This document shows positions 25,501-40,482 of a stretch of 64,000 nucleotides of DNA, one piece after another. A model generated the notes under the pieces. It had not been told where the DNA came from. It searched no databases and saw only the letters and a list, made by a program, of their open reading frames with translations. Source of the stretch: Rhizaria sp. SCN 62-66 (lineage: Eukaryota). A program made the position numbers and the translations under genes. The stretch spans positions 1-64,000 of the forward strand of contig MEDY01000048.1 in the NCBI GenBank assembly GCA_001724265.1, read 5' to 3'. Position 1 is the stretch's first letter. Each line of letters starts with the position of its first letter.

Positions 25501-28500
25501 GGCTTCGGCGCCGGCGGCGGCGGCGTCTGGGTGCAGCGCACGCGCTCGCAGCACCGCCAGGGCTACGATCTGCACACCGCGGCGGTCGTGGCGCCGGGGC
25601 TGGCCTGGGTGCAGGCGGCCGTCGTCGCGGACGCAAAGCGGCTTCAGGCACAAGCGCTGTCGCAGTCGCTGTCGAGCGCCAAGATTGCAAAGTTGCCCTT
25701 GCTGGCGTTGAGGCCACGGCCACCGCGCATTCCGCTGCAGTTGCCGTTCATCTCGTGCCCGCTGCAGCCAGCGACGTCGGTGCTCGTGGGCCACTGCCAC
25801 ATCTTTGTCCTCGGCACGCAACCCCTTACGCCCAGTTCAAGTGCCCCGTCCGGTCTAAGTACCTCCTCAGCCGGGGTTGCGCTGGCGCTGTGGGTGCGCG
25901 ACTCCCGGTCCCCCTGGTCCCACGGTCGTCTGCTCACGGTCAGCGTCCCTGCCGCGGCGGCTAACCTTCCGTGTCTGACCCACCCGCACTGGGCTGGGCG
26001 CGGGGTGGCGTGTCTCTGCGACCGGGTGGCCACGGTGTTGCCTTCGCAGCCGCACAGCAGCGCGTTCAGCGAGCAGACGACCAACGTGCCTGCGCCGCCG
26101 GTGACCGTGGGCCCGGTCGGCAACCGCGGACTGCGGCGGCTGCGCGGCGGATGGCGCCACTGCCCCGTCCACTGCTTCGACGCCGCGGCCACGGTCACGG
26201 GCGCCACCCCCGCTCTGGCGGCCAAGCTGCTGGCTGAGACGTTTCCAACCCTTGGCACGCATGGCGGCTGCGACGTCAGGCTGCCGGCTGCGTCTGCTTA
26301 TCTCGACCACAGTCAAACCAACAACAACAACGACAATAAGGGACAGCTTGACAGTGACACTCCGAGTGCGAATGCGAGCGTGAACGATGTGAATGCATTG
26401 CCGGATGACTATGTCACCGGTTTCTTTGACATGTGTGACGGCATCGTCTACCTTAACATCCGCGCCTTGCGCCACAGCAACAACAAAACTCGCACTATCA
26501 CATCTACAAAGCACGCATCGGACTCCAAGACCAGTGACGCCTCTGCTCATCGTAACGCCGACGCTGCCGCTGATGTTGATGTCGATGCCGATGTCGATGT
26601 TGATAGCTGTGCGGTGGGCGACAGCGACGACGACGCGGACTACGAGAACTGCGCTCCTTTGGAGCTCATCGAGTCCGTGTACCAACGTACCTGTGCCGAC
26701 GACGTCGCGGCTGTCACGCATGCTCTCCTCGCGAAGCTCCCTCACAACACCATCAGCAACAGCCGCTGCAGCACCGCTTCCTCTGCCGCTCTCACCAGCA
26801 GCAGTGTTTGCAACACGAGCTCTGACAAGAGTGCGTTGTGTTTGGCTGCGGCTGCGGCCGCTTTGGCAGGAGCGTACGCCCGCGCCCAGTGCGCCTCAGT
26901 CACTTTATCCAGCAACAACACCCACAGCACGAACGCCTCCGAGAGCGACACCGCGGCCGGTCGCGGCTCGGCGCAAGTGACAGTGAGCGGCGGCGGCGAC
27001 CGCACTACCACCAGTGTTATCAGTTGCAGCAGCAGCAGCAGCAGCGGCAGCAGCGGCGGTGAGGCTGCCGGCTGGGGACGGGTTTGGGCCACGGCTGCGG
27101 CGGTGCTTGGCTGCCCTCAAAACGAGCTTAACAACCTCTACAACAACACGATTGAGGCCAATGGCACTGCGAAGGATGCTGATGTCAAGTCAAAGCGCCG
27201 TGGCTCCAGCAAAGCGAACAAGAACAGCAATAATCCCAACAGCAGGAGCAAGAGCAGCTCAAAGACCAGCAGCGTCATCAGCACGGATGTCAACGACAGC
27301 AGCGACGCCAGTGATGAGAGCGGCGACGACAGCGACAGCCGCAGCCACAGCCTCAGCGACAGCTACAGCGACTACGACGCCGAGAACAACGCTAAGACGG
27401 CGAAACTACGTCGGTCTCGGTTCGAGTTCAGTGGCGACGCGGTCGTCGACGGCTCTCATCTCGACGCGCTGAACGACGACGAGGACGAGAGCTGTGTCTG
27501 CGCCTGCGCCTGCGGTGTCCCAGCTCAGCCTAATGACCGTGAGCTCCAACAGCAACAGCGGCTGGGGCAGCTCAAGGGTGACCGTGGGCTCCTCGGCGTC
27601 ACTGCTGTGACCGTCTCTGCGTGGACTGATGCCGCCCTCGCCACCGCCGCCGCCAGCCTGACTCTCTCCGCCCCCGCGGCCGCAATGTCTGTGCATCTCC
27701 GTGACTGTGCGGTGATTCCAGAGGGGCAGTACTCGCGTTCACGGTCAGACTCCAACAGCATCGTGGTTTTAACCCCCGGAGCGCATGGGTCCTCTTCAAT
27801 GGCCACGGGTCCCGCAGGCGTTCCCAGTGCTCTGGCCCCCCTCGCATCCGCTGCAGCAGCAGCGACCGGAGTGACCGTGGGCGCCACGCGTTCCCCGCCC
27901 CGCGGCGACACGGTCACAGGTACCGGTCTTGGCATGGGCTTCGCTAGAGCCGGGTCCGGCTCTGGCGCCAACAGCCCAAGCACGTTCATCAGTATGAGCG
28001 TTGCCAGTAGCGTCCGCGACGTGACGTCGCCGGTGTTCACCGCGGCCACGCAGGCCTCGGCAGCCGAAGCCACGGCGGCGCGGCGGGCGCGGGCGCCGCT
28101 TGCCGACTCGTCGATGCTCCCTCCTCCTGCGTCACTGACCGCCGCCGCCGCCTCAGCCGTCTCTGCCTCCGCCGCTGCTGCCGTCGTCGCCGCTGCGGCT
28201 GCCGCCGCGGCGTCTGCGGGGGCGTCACCGGAGGCCTCGCCCTCTCTCACCGGCTTCGCAGCCGTCTCGGCTGCGAAGAAGGCGAGCGACGACACCGCAG
28301 TGCCTGGCATCAGCTACAACAGCCTCTCGACCAGCCACATGAACCTGCCCATGAACAACACCGCTGGCGGTGGCGGCCGTTTTACCCACTCTCTGATGCC
28401 CCCGCTAGAACTCGAGGGCGGCGACGGCGGAAACGGCGGCAGCGGCGCGGGCGAGTCGAACTATGCGACCCCCCGGTCTGTCCCCACAGTGCCGCCTACC

Positions 28501-31500
28501 GCCACTGCCGCGGCCGGCCGAGCAGTGGCCGCGGCGGCTGCGGGCGCGGCGGGCGGGCAGGCGAGCAAGATGCCCAGCGCGGACTCGTCACCCACGAGTA
28601 CCGTCACGGGTACCTTCGCGGGCACCGGGCTTCAGAGTGCGGATAACAGCAATCAGGGCAGTCCCAGCGGCACTGTGACCACAAACGCAAACGTGGCCAA
28701 CGCCGGCATCTCTGCTCAGGCGAGGCCTGCTGCGGGGCTGAGCGTGACTGTGGGCACCACGGGTTCCCTCACGGGTTCTGCGCCGCCGCCGCTGGTGTCC
28801 ACTCGGCACCGGCGCGCCCCCAGCGCTGTTCTGCCGTCGGAGACGGGCTCCGTGTCACCGCAGGCTGCCGCGGCCGCCGCTATGGCTGCTTTGTCGCTCC
28901 AAAGCAAGGGCGCCGACACCGCCAACGCCTCAGCGAACGCTGCTGGTGTCCGTATCCCGAACAACGCTGAGGTCAACGCCGAAGCTGCTCACCGTGATGC
29001 CGATGTGGCGGCTGTGAACGATGACGACGCTGTTTTGAATGGGTTTGTAACGCCGCTGCCTTCCTTCGCAATCGCGCCCGCCGCTGGCGACGCCGATACT
29101 GGCACTGCAAACGTCAACACTGGCGCTGCCCCTGCTATTGCAGACAGCGCCGCGCAGTCGCAGTCTCAGTCTCAGCTGCAGTCCAAGCTGCAGTCTCAGT
29201 CAGGGCTCGTGCCGAGGTCGGGGCTAGTTAGGAGGGGACAGAAGAGCATCAAGCCCACCTCTGCTGCCGCCGCTGCTGGCGCTGCTGCTGGCACAACTGT
29301 GGTCACGGCGACTCCGGCGTACACGAGCTCCACAGTCGCGTTCAGCACTAATAACAACAACAGCAACAGCAACAGCGTTGCGCCATCAGTGACCGTCACG
29401 TCAAGCTCGAGCTCGAGCTCTAATGCTACTACGACTGCGACCGTGAGCAGCAGTATCAACCCTGCGAGTGTAAGTACCCTCGGTCTGAGCCGTCTAAGTA
29501 GCCACTACAGCCGCACCATCGACCCGGCTGCGCTCGCGGCGGCCCTCGCAGCTGAGTCCGCGAATCACACCGTCAGCAACGCCAACGGCAACGGCGCTGC
29601 CAACGCTCCTCTGGACAGAAATGTGAGTAGTTCGAACGCCGGCACTCTTGTGAGCGGAAACTTGCAGCATTCGCAGTCGCACACACTTCAGCAGCCCTCT
29701 CTGCAACAGCAACAGCAACAGCAACAGCAGGGACAGGGGCAAGTCGGTGCTGCGGCGACGGCCAACACCAACATCCCCGACGGCTCGGATAGCGGGGTTA
29801 CGAATACCTCGCAGTCGCTGAGCTCGGTGCCGGGGGCCACGAGTACCGGCGCAGGTGTCACGCCTAAGGTCACCTTCACCGACTCGGTGCTCGCGACCGC
29901 TGCCGCGCACGGCAACGCGGTCAAGTGGAGTCCTCTCAGCAACCTCAACACCAGCAGCAGCAACAACAGTATCCCGAGTCATGGCCTCGGGGTGTCTGCC
30001 TTTGGCGCTGCGACAATCACCCCCACAGCCTTCGCCGCTGCGATCAGTAACAACCACAACGCGAATGCGGCGGGCGCTGGCCCGAGCAACCTGAACAGTC
30101 TCTTGTCTCTCACCACAGGCGGTAACAAGAACAGCAATATTGTGGCGGGCAGCGGGAGCAGCAGCAGCAACAGCAACTCCGGGTTCGTATCGACGACGAC
30201 AGCTGCCACCAGTGTCGCGACCACCAGCGTCGGCGTCAGCGTCACACGCACATCTTCTGTTGCAAGGACGAATCTCTCTCACACTGACACTACGGCCGCA
30301 GCTGTCGCTGAGCCTGTTCTGCGCCGTAAATGCCGCTCTTGCAACCGCGTCTTCACGTTGCCCCAGTCGCACTCGACTGCGCTGGTCTCGGCCTCCGCAG
30401 CCTCCGCCGCAGCCGCAGCCTCCGCCGCCGCCGCCGCCTCCTCAACCTCTTCCCACTCGCACTCGCATGCTGCGAAGAAACGGACAACTGCATCTGGTCG
30501 TCGCGCCGTGCCCACAGTCACCGAGTCCACCGCGAACCTGGCCGCCGTGCTCGCCCGCGCGTCCCCCGCCGGCGCCTTGCCTCTCCGTCAGGGCGACGTT
30601 GTGCTCGCCGCCGGCCGGTCGCTACGCGTCGACGTGCGGTCCTTGGCGGACTCGGCGCGCGCCGCCGCGTCCGTGGCCGGCGCGGGAGGCGGCCTGGCGC
30701 TGGCGCGGCCCAAACCGCCGTGTATCGCCAGTGCGGACGCGAACGCGCCGATGCCGCCCGGCGTGGCAGAGGCGCTGCGCGTGATCGCGCGTAAACAGCG
30801 CAGGGACAAACGATCCGTCTCCGACTCCGACTCCGACACTGACTCTAATATCAGCGGTGGGAGTGGCGGTGACGGGACGGAGTGTAACAGCGATTGCGAA
30901 TGCGGGGCCAAGTTTGACGACGCCATCGACGCCAGTGACAGCGACTCGACTCGCGCGAGCGACACCTCTGCTGATGGCTGTGATCAGCAGTCTAAGGGGG
31001 TACTTACATTCACGGCCGACGAGTCCAAGTCCGGCGGCAAGTGCAGCAATAAGAGCAAGGTTATCCTCACGTTCCCGTACGTCCTGCCCCTCGCCGCAGT
31101 GCCCGACACGACTGCGCACGCCAACTATAACCTCGGTAGCAACGGCGCCGCTAGCTTCAGCTCCAGTAGCTCTGCGCTCGGCTACAGTGGCCACATCGGC
31201 CACAGCGCACACAGCGCCAGCGGTCTCGGACTCGGGCTCGGTGGCCATGCCGCCAGTGCGGGCAGCGGCAACAGCAGTGATAATCTTGGTCTGTTCCCGG
31301 TCAATCTGCTCGCAACGCCGCGTCCGAGCATCAATCTCGCCAACAGGACCCTTAGCGCGAACAAACTCCCCGTTAGCAACAACAACGCTGCTGCCAACAA
31401 CAACACCGCCCGCAAGCACTGCCGTCGTCATTGCAACAACAAGATGTCTAGCAACAACAACTGCGTGTCAAAGGTTAGGTCCCGCCCTAAGTGCCCCAAG

Positions 31501-34500
31501 TCTAAGCGCGGCCTAACTTACCTCGCCGACGCCGACTCTGACCGGGCTTCACAACAACAGCAGCTTTGCGTGCGCGGCGCCGGCCCCGGCACGTGGGCCA
31601 GTCTCGACTTGGGCGCGGCGGCCGAGCCCAACTTCACCGTGGCCGATATCGCGCAGATGGAGGACCGGCTGTCGTGCATCGACGCCCTGGGTGGCCGCAC
31701 GAACATGGCGTTGTACTCTGTGTTAGACGGTCACGGTGGGGATCCCACTGTCGCTGACTTCGCCTCGGCAGCGCTGCACGCGAATCTGACTGAGGCGCTC
31801 GTGTGGTCCCGCATGGCCGTCATCACGGACGCGCTGGCGCGCGCCGCCCTGGCCGCCGCCGCGCACAGTGCCTCACAATCGTCCCAAGCACAACTGCAGC
31901 AGCAGCAGCAGCAGCAGCAGCAGTCTGAGTTGGCTGTGAGTGATAAGCCCGAGTCTCACGGCGACACGCTCACGTCCTTTTTTGCGAGCAATCAGACGCA
32001 CGAAAGTCCGATGAACGTGATTTTTTCGGAACCGGTGCTGTCTGCCGAGTCGATCTGCCTGACCCTGCGCCGCGCAGTGTTGCGCACAGTCGCCCAGGTC
32101 GAGGGGCTCGGCGAGTCCGCCCGCTTCGCCGGCGCCACGCTGGCCGTGACGCTCCTGTGCGCTGACCCGCACTCGCGGGCACCAATGGTGTACTCGGCCA
32201 ATCTGGGCGACTCGCGCGCCGTGCTGTGCTTTGACGGCGCGATCGAGACCCTGACTCGCGACCACCGCGGCTCGGCGCCCTTGGAGCGCGCGCGGCTGCG
32301 GCTGGAGGGCGTCGCGGCGACGGCGACGAATGACCGCATCATGGGTGCGCTGTCTGTCTCACGCGCGCTCGGCGACACGGCGCTCTGGCACCAGGGCCTG
32401 AGCTTCGAGCCCTACATCTGCGCGCGGCGCCTCACGCCGCTGCACTCGCACCTCGTCGTCATGTCCGACGGCGTTTCTGACGCCGTGCCGGAGTCCGACC
32501 TCGCCGACGCGCTGCTCTGCGGGGACATCGACGCCGCGAAGCGGGAGGCCGCGGTCGCCGCCGCGGCCGCTGAGGCCCACAGCATCAGCAGCGCCGCTAA
32601 CAGCGCGCACAACACCCTCTCGGGCGCCGCTGCGACGGCGACTGCGAGCGGCCTCGCCGCAGCCAGCGGCGGTGGCAGCGGCGTCGGCGTTGTGCGGAGG
32701 GGCATGCATAGGCGCAGCAGCTCGATTGGCGGCACCACCGGCGCGGCTGCGGTGCTGCTGCCGTCGGTGACCGCGCCCTATTGGGGTGTGTCGGCTCTGG
32801 CGCGCGCACTGCTCAGTCCTCTCTTCCCCGCTCCCGCCGCAGTCAACAACCACAACAACAGCGCTAGCCTCACTGCAAAGCGCGCCAGCGTTTCTAAGGC
32901 AGATCATGCTGATATCGATGCGGAGACTGCTGCTTCGCTGGCAGCACCTGTGTATAAGCCGTTAATGCGGCTAGCCATTACCGCTGCCAAACGCATCCGC
33001 CGTGCCCTGCTCAAAAGTCAAGCCGCCTCTGCGAAACAAAGTCAAGCCGCGGCCTCTGACATCAGAAGCAACACTGAAGGCCAGCCCGACATTGATGTAA
33101 GTACCGCAGATCTTAGTACCGTGTTCCTCGCATCGCCAGCCTGTGCTTGCCCGCACTGCGGCCTCTGTCGCCACCCGCACTTCGCCAACAGCAATTATAA
33201 CCCTAATAACCCTAATAACGCCAGTGCGAGTGCTAGTGTGATTGCGAAGGCCGTGAGCGCGAGCGAGCTCTCCGTGTTCGGCTTGGACGAGCTGCGTGCG
33301 CTGCCGCACTGGGGCGAGGTCTACTCTGTCATCCGCGAAACGTCGTCCATGCTGGCGGCGGCCGCCGCCGCACTCGCCGCCGCGCCCGCGCCACCCCCGC
33401 TTGGCTCAGCAGCCGCCGCCGCCGCCGCTGCGGGCGCCGGGGCCGTGACCGGCGATGCCTGGCCCTGGTGGCGCGCGCCGCCGCCCGAGCTGCCGGCCTG
33501 CCCCGTCTCGCAGTCGGCCGGGGACATTGCTGAGCGGCTGGTCTCGCTGGCGCTGTCGCGTGACACGCGTGATAACGCCACGGCTGTCGTCGTCAGGCTC
33601 AACCCAGTGCGATTCCCGTTCTTGCGGGAGGCGGTGGCCATGCAGCTGCTGCCGCCGCCGCCGCAGCTGCCCACGCACCACCCCAACGCCAACGCTATCT
33701 CAAGCACTAGCTCTTACATCAATAATCTCCTCGTGAACACTGGTGCTGCTGGTGGTAATAGCGGCATTGGCGGGGCGTGTGTGAGCGTGCGCTGCGAGTG
33801 CGCGTGCCACTGCAAGTGCGCTGTGTCGGGACCGGTACCCGTGTCCATGGGTGCTGGACGGGCTTTCGCGAGTGGCGCCGACGGTGGTCTAAGTGGGTAC
33901 TTAGATGCCTCGGGTGACTGTGGGTGCGCGTGCCCGCGCAAATGCTGCAGTCATGACGATGTTGCTGCTGCTGCTGTTGCTGTAAACTCCAACACGCTAC
34001 TCAGTACCAGTAATCTGACAAGCAACACCAACGCCTTGATTATGCAACAGTCGCAGCCGGTTATGTTCCCTCAAATGCCATTGCTGCCTACGTTTAACTC
34101 GATGAACACGCAGTTTAACGCCGTCCCGATTGCTTTGCATACTGGCGTCAATGCCGGAAATGTCGCCTTCACGAGCCCCGTTGGCAAGAACAGCAATAGT
34201 GGTGGCAACAACGATGACGGCGACGACGGCGACGTTGTGACGACCCCAGTGTCGACTCATCATTACCAGCATCACCAGCAGCAGCTCCTCAGCACTGCGA
34301 ACGTCACTGGCGCTAACGCTGTTGCTGGTGGTGGTGCTGCTGCTGGTGGTGCGAATGTTGGCGCTGCGTGGACTGTGGCCGCTGGAGCGAAGGTCTTCCC
34401 CCGTCGCACTCATCTCTCACTGCAAACCAACTCTGGCGGCGCCGGTGCAAACGCCGCGAGCGTGACGCAGAGCAATGACGTGATGATGCTGTCACCGCAA

Positions 34501-35581
34501 CAGCAACAACAACAACAGCAAGGTTCACAGTCGCAGTCGCAGAGCTCGGTGCATTTGACGCCCGTTCTGACACCTGCTCCCCCTCTGAGCGCACGGCTGC
34601 TCTCGCACTCCAGCTCAGGTGGCAACGCGCCCAACGCCAACGGAGCGAGCAGGGTCACCACCGGCGACGACACTGACGCTGCGGCCGCCGTCAGCTCGGG
34701 CGTTGGGCAATACGAGCAGCGCAGCAACAACAGCAGCAACAGCAACAGCAACAGCGTTGTCGGCGTCAGCGACGCAAACACCGCCGCCGCGTCGCCGCTG
34801 CAGCCGCGGCCGCAGCCGCTGACTCTGCTGCAATCGTCCCCCTCGGCGGCCTCCGTGGCGTCGTCGATCGAGATGGCCAGTGTGCCGCTGCACTCGCCGG
34901 GCTCTCAGTCACTCTTCGCACGCAATGTGGACAGCGGCGGCGGCAGTGGCACTCAAGCGCTGCCGCCGCCGCAGTCGCTGACGCATCCCCAGTCCCAGTC
35001 GCAGTCTGTGTCGGCCGCGGACGGCGCGTCCTCCGTCGCAGGGACCGTGAGCACCGGCACGAGCACCGGCACGAGTACTTCTGGTACTCATGGTGTTGCC
35101 GGCGGAACGCGTGGGTTGGGGACACGTGGAGCGAGTCTGAGCGTCAGCGACGGCGTCGGCGACGGCGGCTTCAGCAGTCCTGTGCGGGCTGATGCGCCTG
35201 TGTTGCTGTCCGCGGCGGGCGCGGCGGCGGGCGTCGCGGTCACGCCGGTGTGCCCTTACACCAGTCTAAGTACCAGCGGCAGCTCGGGTGCCAGTCAAAC
35301 CCAGAGCCAGAGCCAGAGCCAGAGTCAGGTTCAGGCTCAGCAAGGGCTGTCTCAGAGTCACCACTACATTCCTGCTGCTCCCGCCAACGCCACCGCCATC
35401 ACGAGCTTCAATGCGATGAATACGAGCGGTATCAGCCCTGCCCACGGTCACACCCGCAGCAACAGCGGCTTCTTCGTCTCGACCTCCAGCTCCAGCAGCT
35501 CCAGCCCTGGCACCAACAACGCCAACGCCAACAGCCGCAGCGTTGCTCCTACAGCTGCATTCGCCAACGTTGGCATCAGTC

Positions 35582-35621
<40 letters not shown>

Positions 35622-38600
35622 GCAGCAGCAGCAGCAGCAGAGTAGTGTCGCCGGCGTCGTCGGCGTCGCCGCAAGCCCCAAGAGCGTTGCCAGCGTGCTG
35701 ACAAACTCCAGCAACGGCATTGCCAGCAGCAGCGGCAGCAGCAGCGGCAGCAGCAACACCGGCAACATCTACAGCGGCAACGTGAGCAGCGTCGTCTTCG
35801 CCACGTCGCCGAACACCCGCAGCCATCTCCGCGGCGGCGTGCCCGCGACTGGTTTGCACAGCAACAACAACAGTCAGCTGCCGCCGCTGGCGTCGGCGTC
35901 GCCCACACACGGCAACAGCTACAGCAACGTACACGTGAACAATAGCGTCGTTGTCGGCAACAACATCACCGCTGTGCCGATGTCGCCGTCGCCCGCGTTG
36001 ACGTCAACGCAGCAGCTTCAGCAGCAACAGCAGCAGCTGCAACAGCTACAACAGCAACAACAGCAGCAACAGCAGCAGTTGATGCTGCTCACCAATCGCA
36101 AACCACCCATGCCGCTGGTCTTCCCTCACGCTCAGACGCCGCCGCCGCCGCCGCTGCCCGCGGTCATCACCCCAAGCACCACCCCAACCCCAACCTCAAG
36201 CAACGGCTACGGCTACGGCTACGGCTACAACGTGATCGGTATGAACAATAGAAACAGCAACAGCAACAACGCGGCGGCCGGTCTCTCGCTCGTCACCGCA
36301 GCTGCCCACGGTCACACCACGAGTACCGCTGGAACAGGTGGCGCCCACGGTCACAACGGCGGAGCGACCGTGGGCGCGGGCCCTGGTACCCCCGACCGCG
36401 GGCTGAGTCGCCGCGCCGCCGCCGCGGCCGCCGTGGCCACAGCGCTGGCCGCGGGCGCGGGCGCGAGCGCCGGCGCCCGCGGCGGGGCGGGGGTGACTGA
36501 GTATGTGTACGGCGACGACGCTGGCGTTGCGCAGAACCAGCAGCGGAGCCAGCAGCAAAACCAGCAGCAGCAACAAGTGAAGCAGGGTCAACAGCAGCAG
36601 CAGCAGCAGCTTGAGCTGAAGCGGCAAAAAGAGCAGGTTTTGATGCAGCTGCAGCAAGGGCTGCAGCAGCAGAACCAGCAGCAGCAGCAGCTGCAGCAGC
36701 TACTCTGCCAACAGCAGCAACAGCAGCAGCAGTTTGGCGGTGGCTTCACACCTGGCAACGCGTTGGTGCCCGCCGCCGCTGTCGGTGGCAATATGTACAG
36801 CAACATCGCTCTCAGCTCGCTCTTCGGGGACAGCTCTACCGCCGTCCCCGGCAGCGGCGGCGGCGGTGGCGTCAATGCCAGCGCCAGCGCTATGAGTCGG
36901 CATGCCCGTGCTTTAAGCGGGTCGGCCGGTGCTTTGGCAGTCGTGCCCACGGTCACTCAGCTGCAGCAGCCCACGGTCACTCAGCTAGGATCACCGTCTC
37001 AGCTGCAGTTCTTGCAGTCGCCGTCTCAACTTCAGCAGCTGCAGCTCCCATCTTGGCAGCAGCAGCAGCAGCAGCAGCAGTTGCCTGTGGTGTCGCCGTC
37101 ATTCGCGCCGGTGCCCACCGTGGCGACTGCGATGTTGAGGCTCAACAACAGCTCGGTGTCGCCCGCTTTATCCTCGTCCTCGTCAGCCTCCGCCTCAGCC
37201 TCAGCTTCAGCCTCCGCATCGGCGTCAGACCAGATTGCCAAGCAAGCGACTGCGGCGGCGGATGCTACGACTGGCTCCAGTGCGAGTAGTGCGAGCATGC
37301 CCCTGAACCTTAGCTCCAGCCTCCACCAGTCACTGTTGCAGCTTCAAGCCCCGCCCGTGACAGGCTCCACCAACGCCCCGCCGCCGCCGGCGCTGCTTGT
37401 CCCGGCTCCCGTCAGCGCCGGCGTCGGCGTCAGCATCGACGCAGCTGCGGCGGCCACTAGCAACGGCAGCGGCGGCGTCCCTACCAGTCTAAACCTGAGC
37501 GGCGGTCAAAATGGCGGTGTGAATGTGCCGTCACCGCGGTCGGCGTCGCCGAAGCTCGCTTCACCGCGGTTGTACCACGGCCTGCCGACGCACGCCTCGC
37601 TGCCGCTGCCTCTGTCTCTGTCGCTGCTGCAGCAACAGCAGCAACAGCAGCAGCAGCAGCAGCCGCTGCTTACGACAACGGCGGCCGACGTGGGTACGCC
37701 CATGACAGTCATGAGTACCGACAGCAACAGCAACAGCAACAGCAGTACAAGCAGCAACGCGGACGCTGCTGTCAAGGACCTCTCGAGCAGCGGCGGCGCT
37801 GACGCCAACGCCGGCGCCAGCGCTACGAGTGCACTGGCGAGTGCCACTGCCAGTGCCAATGCCAGAGCCAGTGCAACTCCGAGTGCGAATGCGAATGTGC
37901 AGAGTGCTGGCATGACGTCACAACAGCTACACTTGCAACAACAGCTGCAGCAGTTGCAGATGCAGCTCTCGAGCACCGCCGCCTCAGCCTCCGTCGCCTC
38001 CGCCAACGCGGGTGCTGCAGCTGGGCTTGGCTATGGTCACGGTGTGAACATGGTGAGTGCGAGTGCGTTGATGCCCCGCGGGTCGCTGAACGCGATCTTC
38101 CCATCCACTTCCAGCACTGCCGCTGCGAATGGAGGGGTCGACCTCTCCAGTTTCGGCGCCGGCGTTGCCCGTGTGTCGTCAATGCCGCACACGTACATTC
38201 CCCCCATTGCGCCTGCAAACAATGCTAATGTGAACGTGAACATGATGCAAACCAATATGAACATGAACATGTTGTTCCCCGGCACAACCACCCCGTTCGC
38301 GAACCATCCTGCAATCAACATCAGCGCCCTTACGCAGGGTGTACTTACCCCGTCGCTCACCCCAGCGCCCCCGCTGGCCTTTACCCAGACGCAGACGCCC
38401 GGGTTGGCCCTTACACCGGCCCTTACACCGACTCTCGCGCCGGCGCCGTCGCTGCCTGTGTCATTCCTTTCGCCCTCGCCGTCGCCCATGCCGATGCCGC
38501 TGCCTCTGCCTTACTTCGGCAACAACGGCACTGGCGCTGGCGCTGGCGCAGGCACTGGCGCGGGCGCTGGTAATGGTGCGGTTGCTGCTGGTGTCGCATC

Positions 38601-39318
38601 GCCGGTACCGCTGAGCAACGCCTGCACCGAGGGCTCCGCGCCAACGGTCCCTAATGCCGCTACCGGCTCTCTTGTCAACGGCAGCGCCAGCGCCAGTGCT
38701 GCGTCTGCTGCGTCAGCGTTGGCTTCGTTGCAGGCGCAAATGGCCCAGTTGTCGCAGCTGCAGCAGCAGCTGAAGCAGCAGCATCAACAGCTTTCCAACC
38801 CCAGCGTCGCCGCTGCCGGCAAGAGCGCCAGCGTGACGTCTGCCGTGAGAGCGCTCAACGCGCAGCAGGCGGGCCAAGACCAGAGCCACGGGCTGCCGCC
38901 GTCATTCCTGCCCTCGATGTCTCTGCCGCTCACTCTGCCGTTGACAACGCCGCTGCTGGCGACGACGGCGCAGCAGCTGCCACAGTTCATGCCGACGACG
39001 ACGATGTCGACAACAACGCCTATGCCGTCGTTTGTCGGCGCGTCAACGACGCCGCTGCCGTTCAGCTCTGCGACGCCGACACCGACGCCTATGCCGCTGT
39101 TCTTGACTTCGACGACGCCGCTGCCGTTCGTCGGCGCGGCGACGCCCACTGCCCTGACGCCTTTTCTCCCCGGCCTCGGCGCCAGCGCTGGTGTCCCTGG
39201 CATTGCCGGCGCTGGTGTGAACGCTAGCGCTGGCTCCGGTGCTGCAACTGGGGCAACACCGACGCCGACGCCGCTGTCGTATGGCAACGTCAACAGCTTG
39301 CTTCAGCAGCAATCCCAG

Positions 39319-39367
<49 letters not shown>

Positions 39368-40482
39368 TGCTGTTGTTGCCGCTTCAGCAGCAGCAGCTGC
39401 AGCTACAGCAGCAGCTGCAGCAGCAACAGCAACTGTTACAGCAGCAGCAACAGCTCCGGCAGCAACTTGAGCTGTCTTCTGCTGGCGGGACCACGACGAG
39501 TCTGGGCGACGTCGGAATACCTGCAGTTGATTTGAGCAATCCTAACGGTAACAGCAACAATAACAATAACAACGGCAACGGCAACGGTAGTAGCGCGTCC
39601 GGCAGCGGTGGCGGCGGCGGCATCACAGGCGTCGGCGGCGTCGCTATCTTTTTCACCCCCGCAGCTAACAACATCAACAACAGCACAACTCCCGTGAACG
39701 CCAGCAGCGTGGGCGTGACTACGAATGTGAACGCCGCGATGCACGCGTTAGCGACGCCGCAGCAGTCGCCCAGTCATCCTGGCTCCGGCGACCACCCGCT
39801 CACCCCGAGCACGGGGGTCACGGGTACCCTGGGGACTCCTGGTACCTCTGCGGGGCATCAGCAGCACCACCACCACCCGATGCTGCAGGCGGCGCAGCGG
39901 ACACTCACCAGCCCCGCGGGCGCCAGCAGCTACAGCATTTATCGGTCCGGCTACACCGTGTACAAAGGCAGGCTTACCAAGGTGACCGCTGCGACGCCTG
40001 CGCTCGACCAGCTCTACACCCAATCGCAGGCGCAGGCGCAGGCGCAGGCGCAGACACCGGCGGCAGCGGCAGCGGCAGCGGCCGTCACGACCGGAGCCCT
40101 CGCAGGCCCGTTGTCGGCTGGGGTGGGGAGCGCGCAACCCGACGGCAGCACCGCCCACGGCCACGCCGCCGCCCACGGTCACTTTGCAGCCGGTTTGCCG
40201 CCCATCGCCGCCGCCTCGGCAGCGAACGCACACCACTTCGGCGGGCAACACGCAGGCGCAGCCGGTGGTGTGTTTGGTTATCCGGCCGGCGGCGGCTACG
40301 TCGTGGGCTCCAACTCCAACGCGGTCGCGCGCGGCACCGCCGGAACCACCGCCGCTGGCACGGGCACGGGCGCTGGCGCTGGTGCGAGTGGCACTGGCAC
40401 GAGCACTGGGAGGGGCCGGGCGAGCAGTATGCTGATGTCGCTGTTTGATGTGCCGGAGCCTAGCGGGGACGAATCTCCCTGA
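22505..40482 (+). CDS. Giant (~5945 aa) protein with a central PP2C/PPM Ser/Thr phosphatase domain; exons 22505-22572 and 22713-40482
   Basis: 17.8-kb stop-free exon. PP2C motifs MEDR (31657), VLDGHGG, GATLAV, ANLGDSRAVL, LTRDH...ERAR, LSVSRALGD, VVMSDGVSD (32461) and DNATAVVVRL (33571-33600). Intron 22573-22712 (GTCCGT..CAG) is in phase 2. Confidence 0.85.
35581..35640 (+). repeat. Coding trinucleotide repeat (CAA)13(CAG)7 = Q20; one of many polyQ/N/A tracts
   Basis: Read directly from the sequence. Confidence 0.95.
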
